Of a stretch of 64,000 nt of DNA, positions 8,303 through 18,600 are shown in pieces. Position 1 is the stretch's first letter, and every line of letters starts with the position of its first letter. The translations under genes and the position numbers were made by a program. Below the pieces are notes generated by a model. That model did no database searches. It was not told the origin of the DNA and was given only the letters and a program-made list of their open reading frames with translations. Source of the DNA: Minisyncoccota bacterium (lineage in GTDB: Bacteria > Patescibacteriota > Minisyncoccia > Phycocordibacterales > GWA1-40-21); the NCBI GenBank assembly GCA_041664585.1, contig JBAYKL010000002.1, forward strand, positions 88,328 to 152,327, given 5' to 3'.

Positions 8303-8647
8303 ATGGGTAATGTGGTTGATAATCTGAAGGAAAGATTTGAAAACAGAAAAGTAAAAGCAATTGTCGGAAATTTAGATTTTTTTAGGCTTCTTCAAGAATG
8401 CTTAAATGCAAAGGAAAGTACAGATGAAGAAAAACATCTGAAAAAGATAGCCTACGAAAATCTAAAAAAGACTTGTCTTACTCTGGACCCGAAAGACGTC
8501 CGGGTTTTACTAGCATACATACAAGTACCTAGAAGCCACCCCATTAGCAATATTCTAAAGGAAGCGGTTTCTAGATCGGATCTAACCTACGAAGAATGGT
8601 GTTGGGCAGTTAGTCAGACATTTTTCACAGATGGTCCCAAAAAATAA
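8303..8647 (+). CDS. hypothetical protein
   Basis: 114 aa, preceded by AGGAAGGAG 8 nt upstream. No recognisable family. Confidence 0.5.
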   Translation: MGNVVDNLKERFENRKVKAIVGNLDFFRLLQECLNAKESTDEEKHLKKIAYENLKKTCLTLDPKDVRVLLAYIQVPRSHPISNILKEAVSRSDLTYEEWCWAVSQTFFTDGPKK

Positions 8648-8685
8648 AATCCCCTCGCGTTAAAATGCTTGGGGATTTTTCTTTT
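8645..8685. terminator. possible bidirectional terminator between the 8303 ORF and ackA
   Basis: AATCCCC ... GGGGATT with a 16-nt loop, followed by TTTTTCTTTTTT. The long loop lowers confidence. Confidence 0.4.
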
Positions 8686-8690
8686 TTATT

Positions 8691-9869
8691 TTATGCAATA
8701 AATTCTCTAGTCTCTCTTGCAATCTGTGTCATCTCGTCTGTCTTCACAACTTTTATTTTTATCTTTGATTCTGGAGTAGAAATTACAGCATCCACATTGT
8801 CAGTAGCATTATTTTTATTTTTGTCTAAGACAAAACCCAAACCTTCAAGATTACCCAGTATTCTTTCTCTCATTTTAAATGATCTCTCCCCTACTGTTCC
8901 AGAAAAAACTAATATATCTAGTCCGCCAAGAGCTGCCATATAAGCACCTATCTGTTTTTGAATTTTATAAGCATAAATATCTAATGCATTTTTTGCATCC
9001 ATATTTTCATTTTCTGCTTTCAAAAGTTCTCTAACATCATCACTCAGGCCAGCAGACAAACCAAGAAGTCCACATTTTTTATTTAAATACTGTTTTAATT
9101 TGTCGCCATTTAATCCCAAAACTTCAGATATATATATGAGAGCACCAGAATCTATATCACCCACTCTTGTAGCCATAATCATCCCCTCGAGAGGTGTAAA
9201 GCCCATTGTTGTATCAACACTTTTACCATCTTTAACAGCCGTAATACTTACTCCGCCACCAATATGACAGATAATTATTTTCTCTGAGAGAGAATTTTCT
9301 GCTTTAAGCTTATTTACTATAGAACCAAGAGAAATACCATGATATCCATATCTATATATCTCATGTTTTTTTGCATCATTTAAATTAATACCATAAAGTT
9401 TAGACTTAACTGGCATACTCTTGTGAAAAGTACTGTCTGATATACCAATAACAGGAACTTTATTCTTAAATATTTTTATCAATTTATTTATTTCTTCTGA
9501 TATCGCTTCCACATGAAGTGGAGCTTTTTTACCAGCCTCCTTCATATGCTTAAGAAATTGTTTGTCTATCAAACAATTGTCTTCAAAATAAACACCCGGA
9601 GCTACAGTTCTCACACCGATTCCATTGATATCATTTATAGATGAAATAAAAGCTTTTTTAATTAGGATATTTAGAAGATAATCTATGGCTTTATCAAAAT
9701 CATTTTTCGTAATTTGAGATTTTTCTGAACCAGTATCTTGTTTGAGAGTGACAATAAAGCCATTGCCTTCTTTTTCAAAATGAAAGAAAGCCTGTTCTTT
9801 ATCCCCTACGTAAAAAGCATACTTCTTAGATGCGCTACCTGTATTTACAATTAAATATTTTTTGTCCAT
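8691..9869 (-). CDS. ackA: acetate kinase
   Basis: MDKKYLIVNTGSASKKYAF is the ASKHA N-terminal motif of acetate kinases. It also has ...HIGGGVSITAV... and the EGMIMATRVGDID segment. Confidence 0.9.
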   Translation of the reverse strand: MDKKYLIVNTGSASKKYAFYVGDKEQAFFHFEKEGNGFIVTLKQDTGSEKSQITKNDFDKAIDYLLNILIKKAFISSINDINGIGVRTVAPGVYFEDNCLIDKQFLKHMKEAGKKAPLHVEAISEEINKLIKIFKNKVPVIGISDSTFHKSMPVKSKLYGINLNDAKKHEIYRYGYHGISLGSIVNKLKAENSLSEKIIICHIGGGVSITAVKDGKSVDTTMGFTPLEGMIMATRVGDIDSGALIYISEVLGLNGDKLKQYLNKKCGLLGLSAGLSDDVRELLKAENENMDAKNALDIYAYKIQKQIGAYMAALGGLDILVFSGTVGERSFKMRERILGNLEGLGFVLDKNKNNATDNVDAVISTPESKIKIKVVKTDEMTQIARETREFIA

Positions 9870-12220
9870 TTCCAGTTTTCTATTTCTAAAGGATCTACAC
9901 CATTTTGTTTTATATAGTCCAGATGGTCTTTAGTTTTTTGCTTATAAATTTCTATCACTCTTGTCGCTTTACTTTCTTCTACAGCTTTATTCTCTACAAG
10001 TTTCTCCAGAGCTTCAATTAATAAAGTGTATCTATCTGTCTTATTTCTTACATGAAGGTCAAAAGGTGTCGTCGTTGAGCCGCTTTCCATATATCCGTGA
10101 ACGGTGAATCTATTATTGGCAGACTGATAATCAAAAAGTGATTGTTTTAATGTCTCAGGATATCCATGAAAATTAAATATTACCGGTTTATCTTTTGTAA
10201 AATATTCTTCAAACTTTTCTTCACTCATTTTTGTAATTGAGCTACCAATAGTATTCGGTGATAGTTCTACAATATTCACAAACCTTGCTTTTACTTCTGG
10301 AATTTCTTTTTTCAATAAATCAATTCCTGCTAAAGCTTCTTTTATAAGGTACTGTCCACAAGCTGAAAAAACAATATCTGGATTTTCTTCACTCGCAAAA
10401 TCCCAAATAGATAAACCGCTTCCAATTTCTTTTTTTGATTGATCCAAAGACAACCAAACTGGTTCAGGAGTTTTTTCTGCAACAATAATATTTATTTCAT
10501 TTAATGAATTTAAAGATTTTTTAATAATCTCTAATGATTCATTTGCATCTGCTGGGAAAAATACATTTATAAACTCATTATGCTTTTGTAAAAGCCCATC
10601 TATAAATCCAGGATTCTGGTGTGAAAAGCCATTGTGTTCCTGACGCCATCCTGAGGAAGTAATAAGATATGTGAAAGAAGGAATATCTCCACGCCATTCT
10701 GTCTTTCTGGCAATCTTCAAAAACTTACTATACTGATCTGCCATACTAGAAACTATAGGTATGAAGGCTTCGTATGAATCAAATATAGCGAACCTTCCAG
10801 TAAGAGCGTAGCCCTGCGCAAGACCCTGCATAGAATGTTCCGAGAGCATTTCTATTACTCTACCGTCCCTAGCCATATCTGTATCCCATTTTTCTATTGG
10901 ACCAGCCAAAGCTCTTTTTGTAACATTAAATATATCTTGGAGTCTATTTGAGTAAGTTTCATCTGGAGAAAAAAGTCTAATATTTCTCTTTTCTTCATTG
11001 AGTTTCATCGTCTCAGAAATATAGGCTCCGATTTTTCTCATAGAACTTACTTGTGTATCACCTGGTAAATCTACTCTTACAGAGAAGTCCTCTGTTTTGG
11101 GTAAAACAAGCTTTCTCTCTGTATCACCTTTTCTAATACCAAAAACTTTTTGATTATCTCCCATCTTTAATTCTTCATTTGGAACAAGATTTAAAATATC
11201 TTCTGAGAAACCTTTTTTCTCATCAAAGATTTCATTAAATCTGTAAGATTTCATCCATTTAGACACAGCATCGAGCTCTATTTGATTTGTTTTTGCATCT
11301 TTACCAACCACCTGATGTGAAAGACAATTTCCCTCTATCTTTTGTCCTTCTAATTCCTTAATACCAGTCCAACCTTTTGGAGTTTTTAGTACAAGCATCG
11401 GGAATCTAGCAAAATATTGATATGGTTTGCTTTTCTGACTTCTAGCTTTTTTCTGAATTTTAATTATTGAAGCATGAGCCTTTTTCAATGCGACAATCAT
11501 TTGTTTATAAACCTTATCATCACTACCTTCTACAATAATGGGATCATATCCGTATCCAGTAAACAAAGCTTTCAAATCTGTATTTGTCATTCTTCCAAAA
11601 ATTGTCGGGCCAGAAATTTTATAACCATTTAAATGAAGTATCGGTAGCACTGCTCCGTTTTTTGCGGGATCAACAAACTTATTTAAATGCCACGATGTAG
11701 CTAGTGGGCCAGTCTCCGCCTCACCATCACCCACTAGGCATGCCGCAATGAGATTCGGATTATCAAGTACGGCACCATAAGCTGTAGAAAGAGAATATCC
11801 AAGTTCTCCACCTTCAAGTATTACTCCAGGAGTGGCTGGACTTGCATGACTTGGAAAACCATACGGCCAACTAAATTGTTTAGAAATATATGCAATTCCC
11901 TTTTCATCTCTCGTAGCATCTTTATAATATTTGGAAAGAGTATCTTCTAAAAATACGTTCGCCTGAAGTGCGGGGAAACCATGTCCCGGACCAAGCAAAA
12001 ATATCATTTCTGCATTTGTTTTTTTTATAAGATTATTTAGACAGGCATAGACAAAATTAATACCAGGACAGCTACCCCAATGCCCTAGAAGTCTAGGTTT
12101 AATATCATCAAAAGAAAGCTTGTTTTTTAATAAAAAATTATTTTGTAAATATATTTGAGATACTGTTAGATAATTTGTAGCTCTTACATATTTTTTAAGG
12201 CTCTCTATTTCTTTGCTCAT
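9851..12220 (-). CDS. xfp: xylulose-5-phosphate/fructose-6-phosphate phosphoketolase
   Basis: 789 aa with the TPP-enzyme motifs GHWGSCPG...GPGHG and ...GDGEAETG. Its length and layout fit the Xfp family. It overlaps ackA by 19 nt. Confidence 0.9.
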   Translation of the reverse strand: MSKEIESLKKYVRATNYLTVSQIYLQNNFLLKNKLSFDDIKPRLLGHWGSCPGINFVYACLNNLIKKTNAEMIFLLGPGHGFPALQANVFLEDTLSKYYKDATRDEKGIAYISKQFSWPYGFPSHASPATPGVILEGGELGYSLSTAYGAVLDNPNLIAACLVGDGEAETGPLATSWHLNKFVDPAKNGAVLPILHLNGYKISGPTIFGRMTNTDLKALFTGYGYDPIIVEGSDDKVYKQMIVALKKAHASIIKIQKKARSQKSKPYQYFARFPMLVLKTPKGWTGIKELEGQKIEGNCLSHQVVGKDAKTNQIELDAVSKWMKSYRFNEIFDEKKGFSEDILNLVPNEELKMGDNQKVFGIRKGDTERKLVLPKTEDFSVRVDLPGDTQVSSMRKIGAYISETMKLNEEKRNIRLFSPDETYSNRLQDIFNVTKRALAGPIEKWDTDMARDGRVIEMLSEHSMQGLAQGYALTGRFAIFDSYEAFIPIVSSMADQYSKFLKIARKTEWRGDIPSFTYLITSSGWRQEHNGFSHQNPGFIDGLLQKHNEFINVFFPADANESLEIIKKSLNSLNEINIIVAEKTPEPVWLSLDQSKKEIGSGLSIWDFASEENPDIVFSACGQYLIKEALAGIDLLKKEIPEVKARFVNIVELSPNTIGSSITKMSEEKFEEYFTKDKPVIFNFHGYPETLKQSLFDYQSANNRFTVHGYMESGSTTTPFDLHVRNKTDRYTLLIEALEKLVENKAVEESKATRVIEIYKQKTKDHLDYIKQNGVDPLEIENWKWTKNI

Positions 12221-12316
12221 GGATAAATTATATCAAACTTTTTTAAAAAGACATATTTGACTTAATAACAACTCAGGTATATTGTTTTTCTTGAATTTAA
12301 CAAAAGGAGTTCTTTC

Positions 12317-12676
12317 GTGAAAAATAAAATTGTATACGTAAACGAGAGCGAATTCAGAGGTCTTTTTGTCATAATTATGGCAAAGATATACAAAAAAAAT
12401 ATGGACGTGCTTTCAGCACTATGCCCGCCATCAGCACTTGAGATTGTAAGAATGATAAAAGAAAGAAAATTGGTGGCAATAGTATTTGATTGTGATCACT
12501 GTCTTTTTAAAAAGACCATTGATGAGATAGCAAAAGAAAAGACGGGAGTAAAAATAATCCTAGTATCAAGAAACACTAGGTGTTCGTGTGAATGTTTAAA
12601 TTCACACAACAAAACAGTTGTAAGTACACTAAGAGAAGCTTTCAACTACATACCGAGAGAAACAGCCAATCCATGA
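12317..12676 (+). CDS. receiver (CheY-like)-fold protein lacking the canonical phospho-acceptor; paralog 1
   Basis: 119 aa with a GTG start after AAAAGGAG. It has an alternating beta-alpha pattern (KIVYVNE...LVAIVFDCD...KIILVS) and a CxC..C cluster near the C-terminus. Confidence 0.4.
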   Translation: MKNKIVYVNESEFRGLFVIIMAKIYKKNMDVLSALCPPSALEIVRMIKERKLVAIVFDCDHCLFKKTIDEIAKEKTGVKIILVSRNTRCSCECLNSHNKTVVSTLREAFNYIPRETANP

Positions 12677-12695
12677 GGGTTGGCTTTACTTTTTA
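12662..12695 (+). terminator. rho-independent terminator
   Basis: AGCCAATCC-atga-GGGTTGGCT followed by TTACTTTTT. The stop codon lies in the loop. Confidence 0.7.
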
Positions 12696-12735
12696 TATAA
12701 ATATAATATAGTCGAATAAGAAAAAGGAGTAATTT

Positions 12736-13116
12736 ATGGAAAATAAACTACAGGTTCTTTACGTAGACACCCTGGAAAATATAAATCATTTTCTAAATAC
12801 AGTAACTAGAGAAGGAAGACATGACCTAACAGTCTTTACGGCCTCAAACAAAGACGAGGTGCTGAAAATTGTAACACAACAAAAGAAGATAAAGGTCGTT
12901 ATTCTCACGAAAGCTGTATACAAAAACAAAAGAATTATCGGGGATATGAAATGTTTCCTTACGAATAGCCCTGAATTCTTAGGGGTATCATCATCCCCGG
13001 AAATCAGAGAATGTCTCGGGAGTATGGGATGTAATCTCGTATTTGATAACAAAGACGAGATAATACATCACATACCCAAAAAACATCCGGACACCGACGG
13101 ACAAGCCGACCAATAG
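12736..13116 (+). CDS. receiver-fold protein, paralog 2
   Basis: 126 aa after AAAAAGGAG. It is collinear with paralog 1 ((I/V)xYV(N/D)...LKIV...KVVILTK...ECLGSMGC...HIP). Confidence 0.4.
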   Translation: MENKLQVLYVDTLENINHFLNTVTREGRHDLTVFTASNKDEVLKIVTQQKKIKVVILTKAVYKNKRIIGDMKCFLTNSPEFLGVSSSPEIRECLGSMGCNLVFDNKDEIIHHIPKKHPDTDGQADQ

Positions 13117-13133
13117 GTCGGCTTTACTTTTTC
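13103..13133 (+). terminator. rho-independent terminator
   Basis: AGCCGACC-aatag-GGTCGGCT followed by TTACTTTTT. It is nearly the same design as the 12662 terminator. Confidence 0.75.
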
Positions 13134-13194
13134 CCAAAAATTTGTTTTAATAGAAGCTCAAATACGCCTTTAGGCGCTTTTTAATTTTAATCAT

Positions 13195-14994
13195 ATGGAA
13201 ATAAGAAATATTGCAATTATAGCCCACGTTGACCATGGTAAGACCACTCTTACTGACGCTATGCTTAAACAAGCAGGTGTTGTAGAAGAAGGTGTAAGTA
13301 TGGACAGCAATAAAATCGAACAAGAGCGTGGTATTACTATATATGCCAAGAATACTTCCCTTCCATATAAAGGTACAAAGATAAATATCGTTGATACTCC
13401 TGGACACGCAGACTTCGGTTCTGAAGTTGAACGTGTTCTTCGTTCTATTGATACTGTGCTTCTTGTTGTAGACGCTCAAGAAGGCCCTATGCCTCAAACT
13501 CGTTTCGTCTTAAAGAAATCTCTTGAGCTTGGTCTTAAGCCAATCGTAGTTATAAACAAAATAGATAAATCAGCTGCAAACCCAGAAAGAGCACATGAGG
13601 AAGTTCTTGAACTTTTCATGGAACTCGGAGCAAACAACGACCAGCTCGACTTCCCTACTATTTACGCTATCGGCAGAAAGGGTGTTGCCATGAAAAATCC
13701 TACAGACGAACAAGTAGATCTTACACCTTTGCTTGATTTAATAATGGAAAAAGTTGCACCAGCAAATACAGAGAAAAATCTTACATCACCTTTCAGAGCT
13801 CAAATTTTTAATCTTGCATACGACAACTTCTTAGGAAGACTCGGTGTTGCTAGAATCTATGATGGTAAAGTAAAAGATGGACAAACAATTGTAGTCAAAA
13901 TGCCGTCTGGAGAATCTAGACAAGCTAGAATTACAAAGCTCTATACATTCAATGGAGTTCAAAAAGAAAGTGTAGCTGAGGCCTTTGCTGGAGACATCGT
14001 AATGATCGCTGGTATTTCAGATGCATATATCGGAGAAACTATTTGCGAAAATAAAGATCAAGAATCTATGCCTGCTATAAACATCGATGAGCCTACAATC
14101 TCTCTTAGCTTCTTAGTTAATGATTCCCCTTTCGCAGGACGCGAAGGTAAATTTGTAACCGGTAGACAAATCAGAGAAAGATTAGAAAAAGAAATGGAAA
14201 TCAACGTCGGTCTCAGAGTTAATTTTGATTCAGAACCTATAACTGTATATGGTAGAGGTGAACTTCATATTGCTATTCTTATTGAAAATATGAGAAGAGA
14301 AGGCTTTGAACTTCAAGTATCTCAGCCACACGCAATTGTAAAAACAATTGACGGAGTAGAATGTGAACCGTATGAAGAGGTCACTATCGATATACCTGAA
14401 GAATTCCAAGGTACTGTAATAGAAAAGCTTGGAAAGAGAAAAGGTATTATGAAAGACATGAAGATCAAAGATAATCAAATCAGAATGATCTTTGAAATAC
14501 CTACTAGAGGACTTCTTGGATATAGAGGACAATTTGTAGTAGACACAAAAGGTATGGGAATTATCTGTTCAAGATTTATGGATTTCAAACCTTACGCTGG
14601 AGAAATACAGAAACAAGAATTCGGTTCTATGACTTCTATGATTACAGGAAAATCTATGGCCTTCTCACTTTGGAACTTACAAGAAAGAGGTGTACTCTAT
14701 ATCGACCCAGCTATTGAAATATATGAAGGTATGGTTATTGGTCACGTCTTAAACGGAGAAGATATGAATGTAAACCCTACAAAAAACAAAGCTCTCACAA
14801 ACATGAGAACTTCTGGAAATGATGAGGCACTCTACCTTATTCCACCAATGAGACTTGATATTGAAAAAGGTTTGGAAACAATGAGAGAAGATGAATATCT
14901 AGAAATTACTCCAAAAACAGTAAGATTAAGAAAAAGACTTCTTACTGAACAAGCGAGAGCAAAGGATGCGAGAAAGGATATTAAATTTAGTTAG
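13195..14994 (+). CDS. typA: translational GTPase TypA/BipA
   Basis: MEIRNIAIIAHVDHGKTTLTDAML is the G1 motif, DTPGHADF is G3, and NKIDK is G4. The 599-aa length and EF-G-like domain order fit BipA. Confidence 0.93.
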   Translation: MEIRNIAIIAHVDHGKTTLTDAMLKQAGVVEEGVSMDSNKIEQERGITIYAKNTSLPYKGTKINIVDTPGHADFGSEVERVLRSIDTVLLVVDAQEGPMPQTRFVLKKSLELGLKPIVVINKIDKSAANPERAHEEVLELFMELGANNDQLDFPTIYAIGRKGVAMKNPTDEQVDLTPLLDLIMEKVAPANTEKNLTSPFRAQIFNLAYDNFLGRLGVARIYDGKVKDGQTIVVKMPSGESRQARITKLYTFNGVQKESVAEAFAGDIVMIAGISDAYIGETICENKDQESMPAINIDEPTISLSFLVNDSPFAGREGKFVTGRQIRERLEKEMEINVGLRVNFDSEPITVYGRGELHIAILIENMRREGFELQVSQPHAIVKTIDGVECEPYEEVTIDIPEEFQGTVIEKLGKRKGIMKDMKIKDNQIRMIFEIPTRGLLGYRGQFVVDTKGMGIICSRFMDFKPYAGEIQKQEFGSMTSMITGKSMAFSLWNLQERGVLYIDPAIEIYEGMVIGHVLNGEDMNVNPTKNKALTNMRTSGNDEALYLIPPMRLDIEKGLETMREDEYLEITPKTVRLRKRLLTEQARAKDARKDIKFS

Positions 14995-15000
14995 TTAATA

Positions 15001-15031
15001 AAAAAACACTTCATTACGAAGTGTTTTTTAA
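15001..15031. terminator. bidirectional terminator between typA and rnhB
   Basis: AAAAAA-ACACTTC-attac-GAAGTGT-TTTTTT. Confidence 0.8.
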
Positions 15032-15630
15032 TTTATAAACCTCTTACAAAAACATTTCCTATGTTGATCAGATAATCCATATTTCTTGATAGCTTCACAA
15101 TGTTTTTGGGTACCATATCCTTTATGAATTTCAAAAGAATAATTTTTATATTTCTTAGCTAATTTGCACATAAGCGAATCTCTTGAAACTTTCGCTGCAA
15201 TAGAAGCAAAAGCTATTGCTCTTTCTTTTTCGTCTCCTTTTATTATAGTCTTTTGATTTTTAAACTCTTCAGGCGCTTTTAATCCTCCATCGAGAAGCAC
15301 CAAGCATTCATTTGGTTTAGCATTTATATTTTTCAACGCTTTAATTAAACAATTTTTAATTGCCTTACTTATCCCAATCTTGTCTATTCTTTTTGCACTT
15401 TCATAGCAAACAGAATAATTCACTTTCCCCTCTTTCTTTAATTCTTTTAATCTAGCAAAAATTTCTTCTCTTTTTTGTGGTTTTAATTTCTTCGAATCTT
15501 TTATCATTCCAAGTTCTTTTGCATTAAAATTTTCAGGCATTATAAAAGCACAAACAGCAACGGGACCAGCCAAAGGACCTCTTCCAACCTCATCAATTCC
15601 AGCAATAAATTTCACCTTTTTCTTTATCAT
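15028..15630 (-). CDS. rnhB: ribonuclease HII
   Basis: AGIDEVGRGPLAGPV is the DEVGRG active-site motif. The 200-aa length fits. Confidence 0.9.
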   Translation of the reverse strand: MIKKKVKFIAGIDEVGRGPLAGPVAVCAFIMPENFNAKELGMIKDSKKLKPQKREEIFARLKELKKEGKVNYSVCYESAKRIDKIGISKAIKNCLIKALKNINAKPNECLVLLDGGLKAPEEFKNQKTIIKGDEKERAIAFASIAAKVSRDSLMCKLAKKYKNYSFEIHKGYGTQKHCEAIKKYGLSDQHRKCFCKRFIN

Positions 15631-15658
15631 ATTTTAGGATATTATTAATCATATCATT

Positions 15659-18600
15659 ATGTCAAAATTCATTCACCTACATACCCATAGCCACTATTCA
15701 CTTTTGAATGCGCTACCTAAAATAAAGGATCTTGTTAAGATGGCGAAAAAGCTAGAAATGCCCGCTCTCGCCCTTACAGATGCTGGAAATATGTATGGAA
15801 CAATCGATTTCTACCAAGCCTGTAAAAAAAATGAAATCAAACCAATTATTGGTGTAGATTTCTATGTAGCAAGCAGAACAAGAAAAGACAAACAAGGAGG
15901 AGTAGATAATAGAAGAACGAGATTAGTACTTCTAGCAAAAAATGAAGTCGGATATAAAAATTTAATTAAACTTGTTACTGATTCATATTTTGAAGGTTTC
16001 TATTACAAACCAAGAATAGACAAAGAAACAATAGAAAAATATAGAGACGGCCTTATTTGCATATTACCGCATTTTTCTGCTGAGACTTCATACGCTCTAA
16101 AAAATGGAGATACAGAAAAAGCAAAAAGCTTGGTAGATTTTTATAAAAAGAATTACGGTGCAGAAAATTTCTTCTTAGAAATTACTCATCATCCAGAAAT
16201 AGAAGGGCAACTTGAGCTTAAAGAAAAAATCATAAAACTCGCAAAAGAAACAAATTCAAATCTTGTAGCCGGACAAGATGTATATTATTTACATCCAGAA
16301 GATAAGAAAGCGAGGGATACACTTGTACAGGTAAATTCTCATTCTGATTTTTCTGATAGAGAACAAAGAGAAAGCGCGGATAATTTTTCATTTATTTCTT
16401 CTGAACAAGCAGCTGAATATTTCAAAAATGAACCAGAAGCTATAGAAAATACACAAAAGATTGCCGATATGTGTACTGTTGAAATTGAGCTAGGTAAATG
16501 GAAATTCCCAAAATTTATTGTAGAAAGCGGTCTTTCATATGATGATGAGCTTAAAAGAGTTGCTTACGAAGGGATAGATAGAAGAGGCCTTCCTCATTCC
16601 AAAGAAGTTATAGACCGTCTTGAATATGAGTTAAAGGTTATACATGACAAAGGATATCCTCAATACTTCCTTGTAGTATCTGACCTTCTCCGCTTCGCAC
16701 ACGAAAATGGAATTTACACAAACATCAGAGGATCTGTTGCAGGCTCTCTTACTACTTATGTCACAGGAATTACGAATGTAGATCCCCTAGCCTACAAACT
16801 TCCGTTTGAAAGATTTTTAAATCCAGAAAGACCTTCTGCACCCGATATCGATATGGACTTCGCCGATAACAGACGCGATGAGGTTATTGAATATGCTAGA
16901 CAAAAATATGGAAAAGAAAATGTTGCTCAAATAGGTACATTCGGAACTATGATGGCTCGTGGTGCATGTAGAGATGTTGCTCGTGCGATGGGCTTCCCAC
17001 TTCCTTTAGCAGATAAAATTGCAAAACTTATTCCAATGGGAGCTCAGGGATTCCCAATGACAATCGACCGTGCCCTAAAAGAAGTTGCTGAATTAAAAGA
17101 AATGTACAACAAGGAGGAAGATGCGAAAACCATTATTGATATGGCACAAAAAATTGAAGGTTGTGCTAGACACATTTCTGTACACGCAGCTGGTGTTGTT
17201 ATCGCCCCAGACGATCTTTCAAACTATGTTCCACTTCAATACGATCCAAAAGGTGAAGGAAAAATTATTACCCAATACGATATGCATGGAGTTGGAGAAG
17301 ATGGTGTAGGACTTCTAAAGTTCGACTTCCTTGGAATTAAAAACCTTTCGATTCTTGCTGATGCAGTAGATCGTGTGAAGAAGATTGAGGGTATAGAGGT
17401 TGATATTGAAAAGATACCTCTAGACGATAAAAAGACCTTTGAAATGCTTGCTAAAGGCGAGACAATAGGCCTGTTTCAGCTCAACGGCTCAGGAATGACA
17501 AAATACCTTAAGGAGCTTAAACCAACGACCATACACGATATAAACGCTATGGTGGCCCTTTATAGACCTGGCCCTATTGAATCTATTCCTCAGTACATTG
17601 AAAGAAAGCACAACCCAGCTTTAATTAAATATCTCGACCCAAGACTTAAAGATATTCTTGACCAATCATATGGTGTTATCACCTATCAGGACGACGTTAT
17701 GCTTACCGCTATCAAACTCGCTGGATATTCTTGGCTTGAAGCAGACAAGCTCAGAAAAGCTATGGGTAAAAAAATCCCTGAGGAAATGGAAAAGCAAAAA
17801 GAAAAATTATTAAAAGGTTTCGTCGCTGGTGGACTCACAGAAAAAAAAGCAGAGACTCTTTGGAAACTCATCGAGCCTTTCGCTGCATATGGTTTTAATA
17901 AGTCCCATGCTGCGAGCTACGGAAGAGTCGCATATCAAACAGCATATATGAAAGCTAACTTCCCAGAAATCTATATGTCTGCCGTTATGACCGCCGACCA
18001 AGGAGACGTAGAAAAAATCGGTGAATTTATTACAGAATGTAATAAAATGAAAATCCCAGTACTTCCTCCTTCAGTAAATGAAAGTTTCAGTCCATTCTCT
18101 GTGGTCAAACCAGAAGATCCAAGCGAAAAATATAAAATCCGTTTCGGACTTACTTCTATAAAAAACTTCGGTGAAGGTATTTCAAAAGCAATTACTTCTG
18201 AAAGAAAAAACAAAGGAAAATTTAAATCACTTTCGGATTTCTTAGAAAGAATAGTTGATAAAAATTTAAATAAAAGATCTCTTGAACCACTTATAAAAAC
18301 AGGTGCTCTTGATGAATTCGGAGAAAGAGGTCAACTACTTGCAAACAGTGAAAATCTTTTGAAATACAATAAAGATTTAGGAAAAATGTCTTCTGACCAA
18401 GATTCCCTATTCGGTATTTTTGAAGGTGGCAAACACGAAAACTTCAAACTCGAACCAGCAGAACCAGCTACACAGACAATGAAACTTACTTGGGAAAAAG
18501 AACTTCTTGGTCTTTATATTTCTGGGCATCCATTAGATAAATATAAACACATTTTTGAAAAACAGCAGATTACAGTTAAAAAAATAAAAGAAGAGACAGA

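Noticed and set aside
13160-13185. Small hairpin ACGCC-ttta-GGCGC followed by TTTTT upstream of typA, as a possible attenuator
   Set aside because: The stem is only 4 to 5 bp with a mismatch. It is indistinguishable from chance in this AT-rich context.
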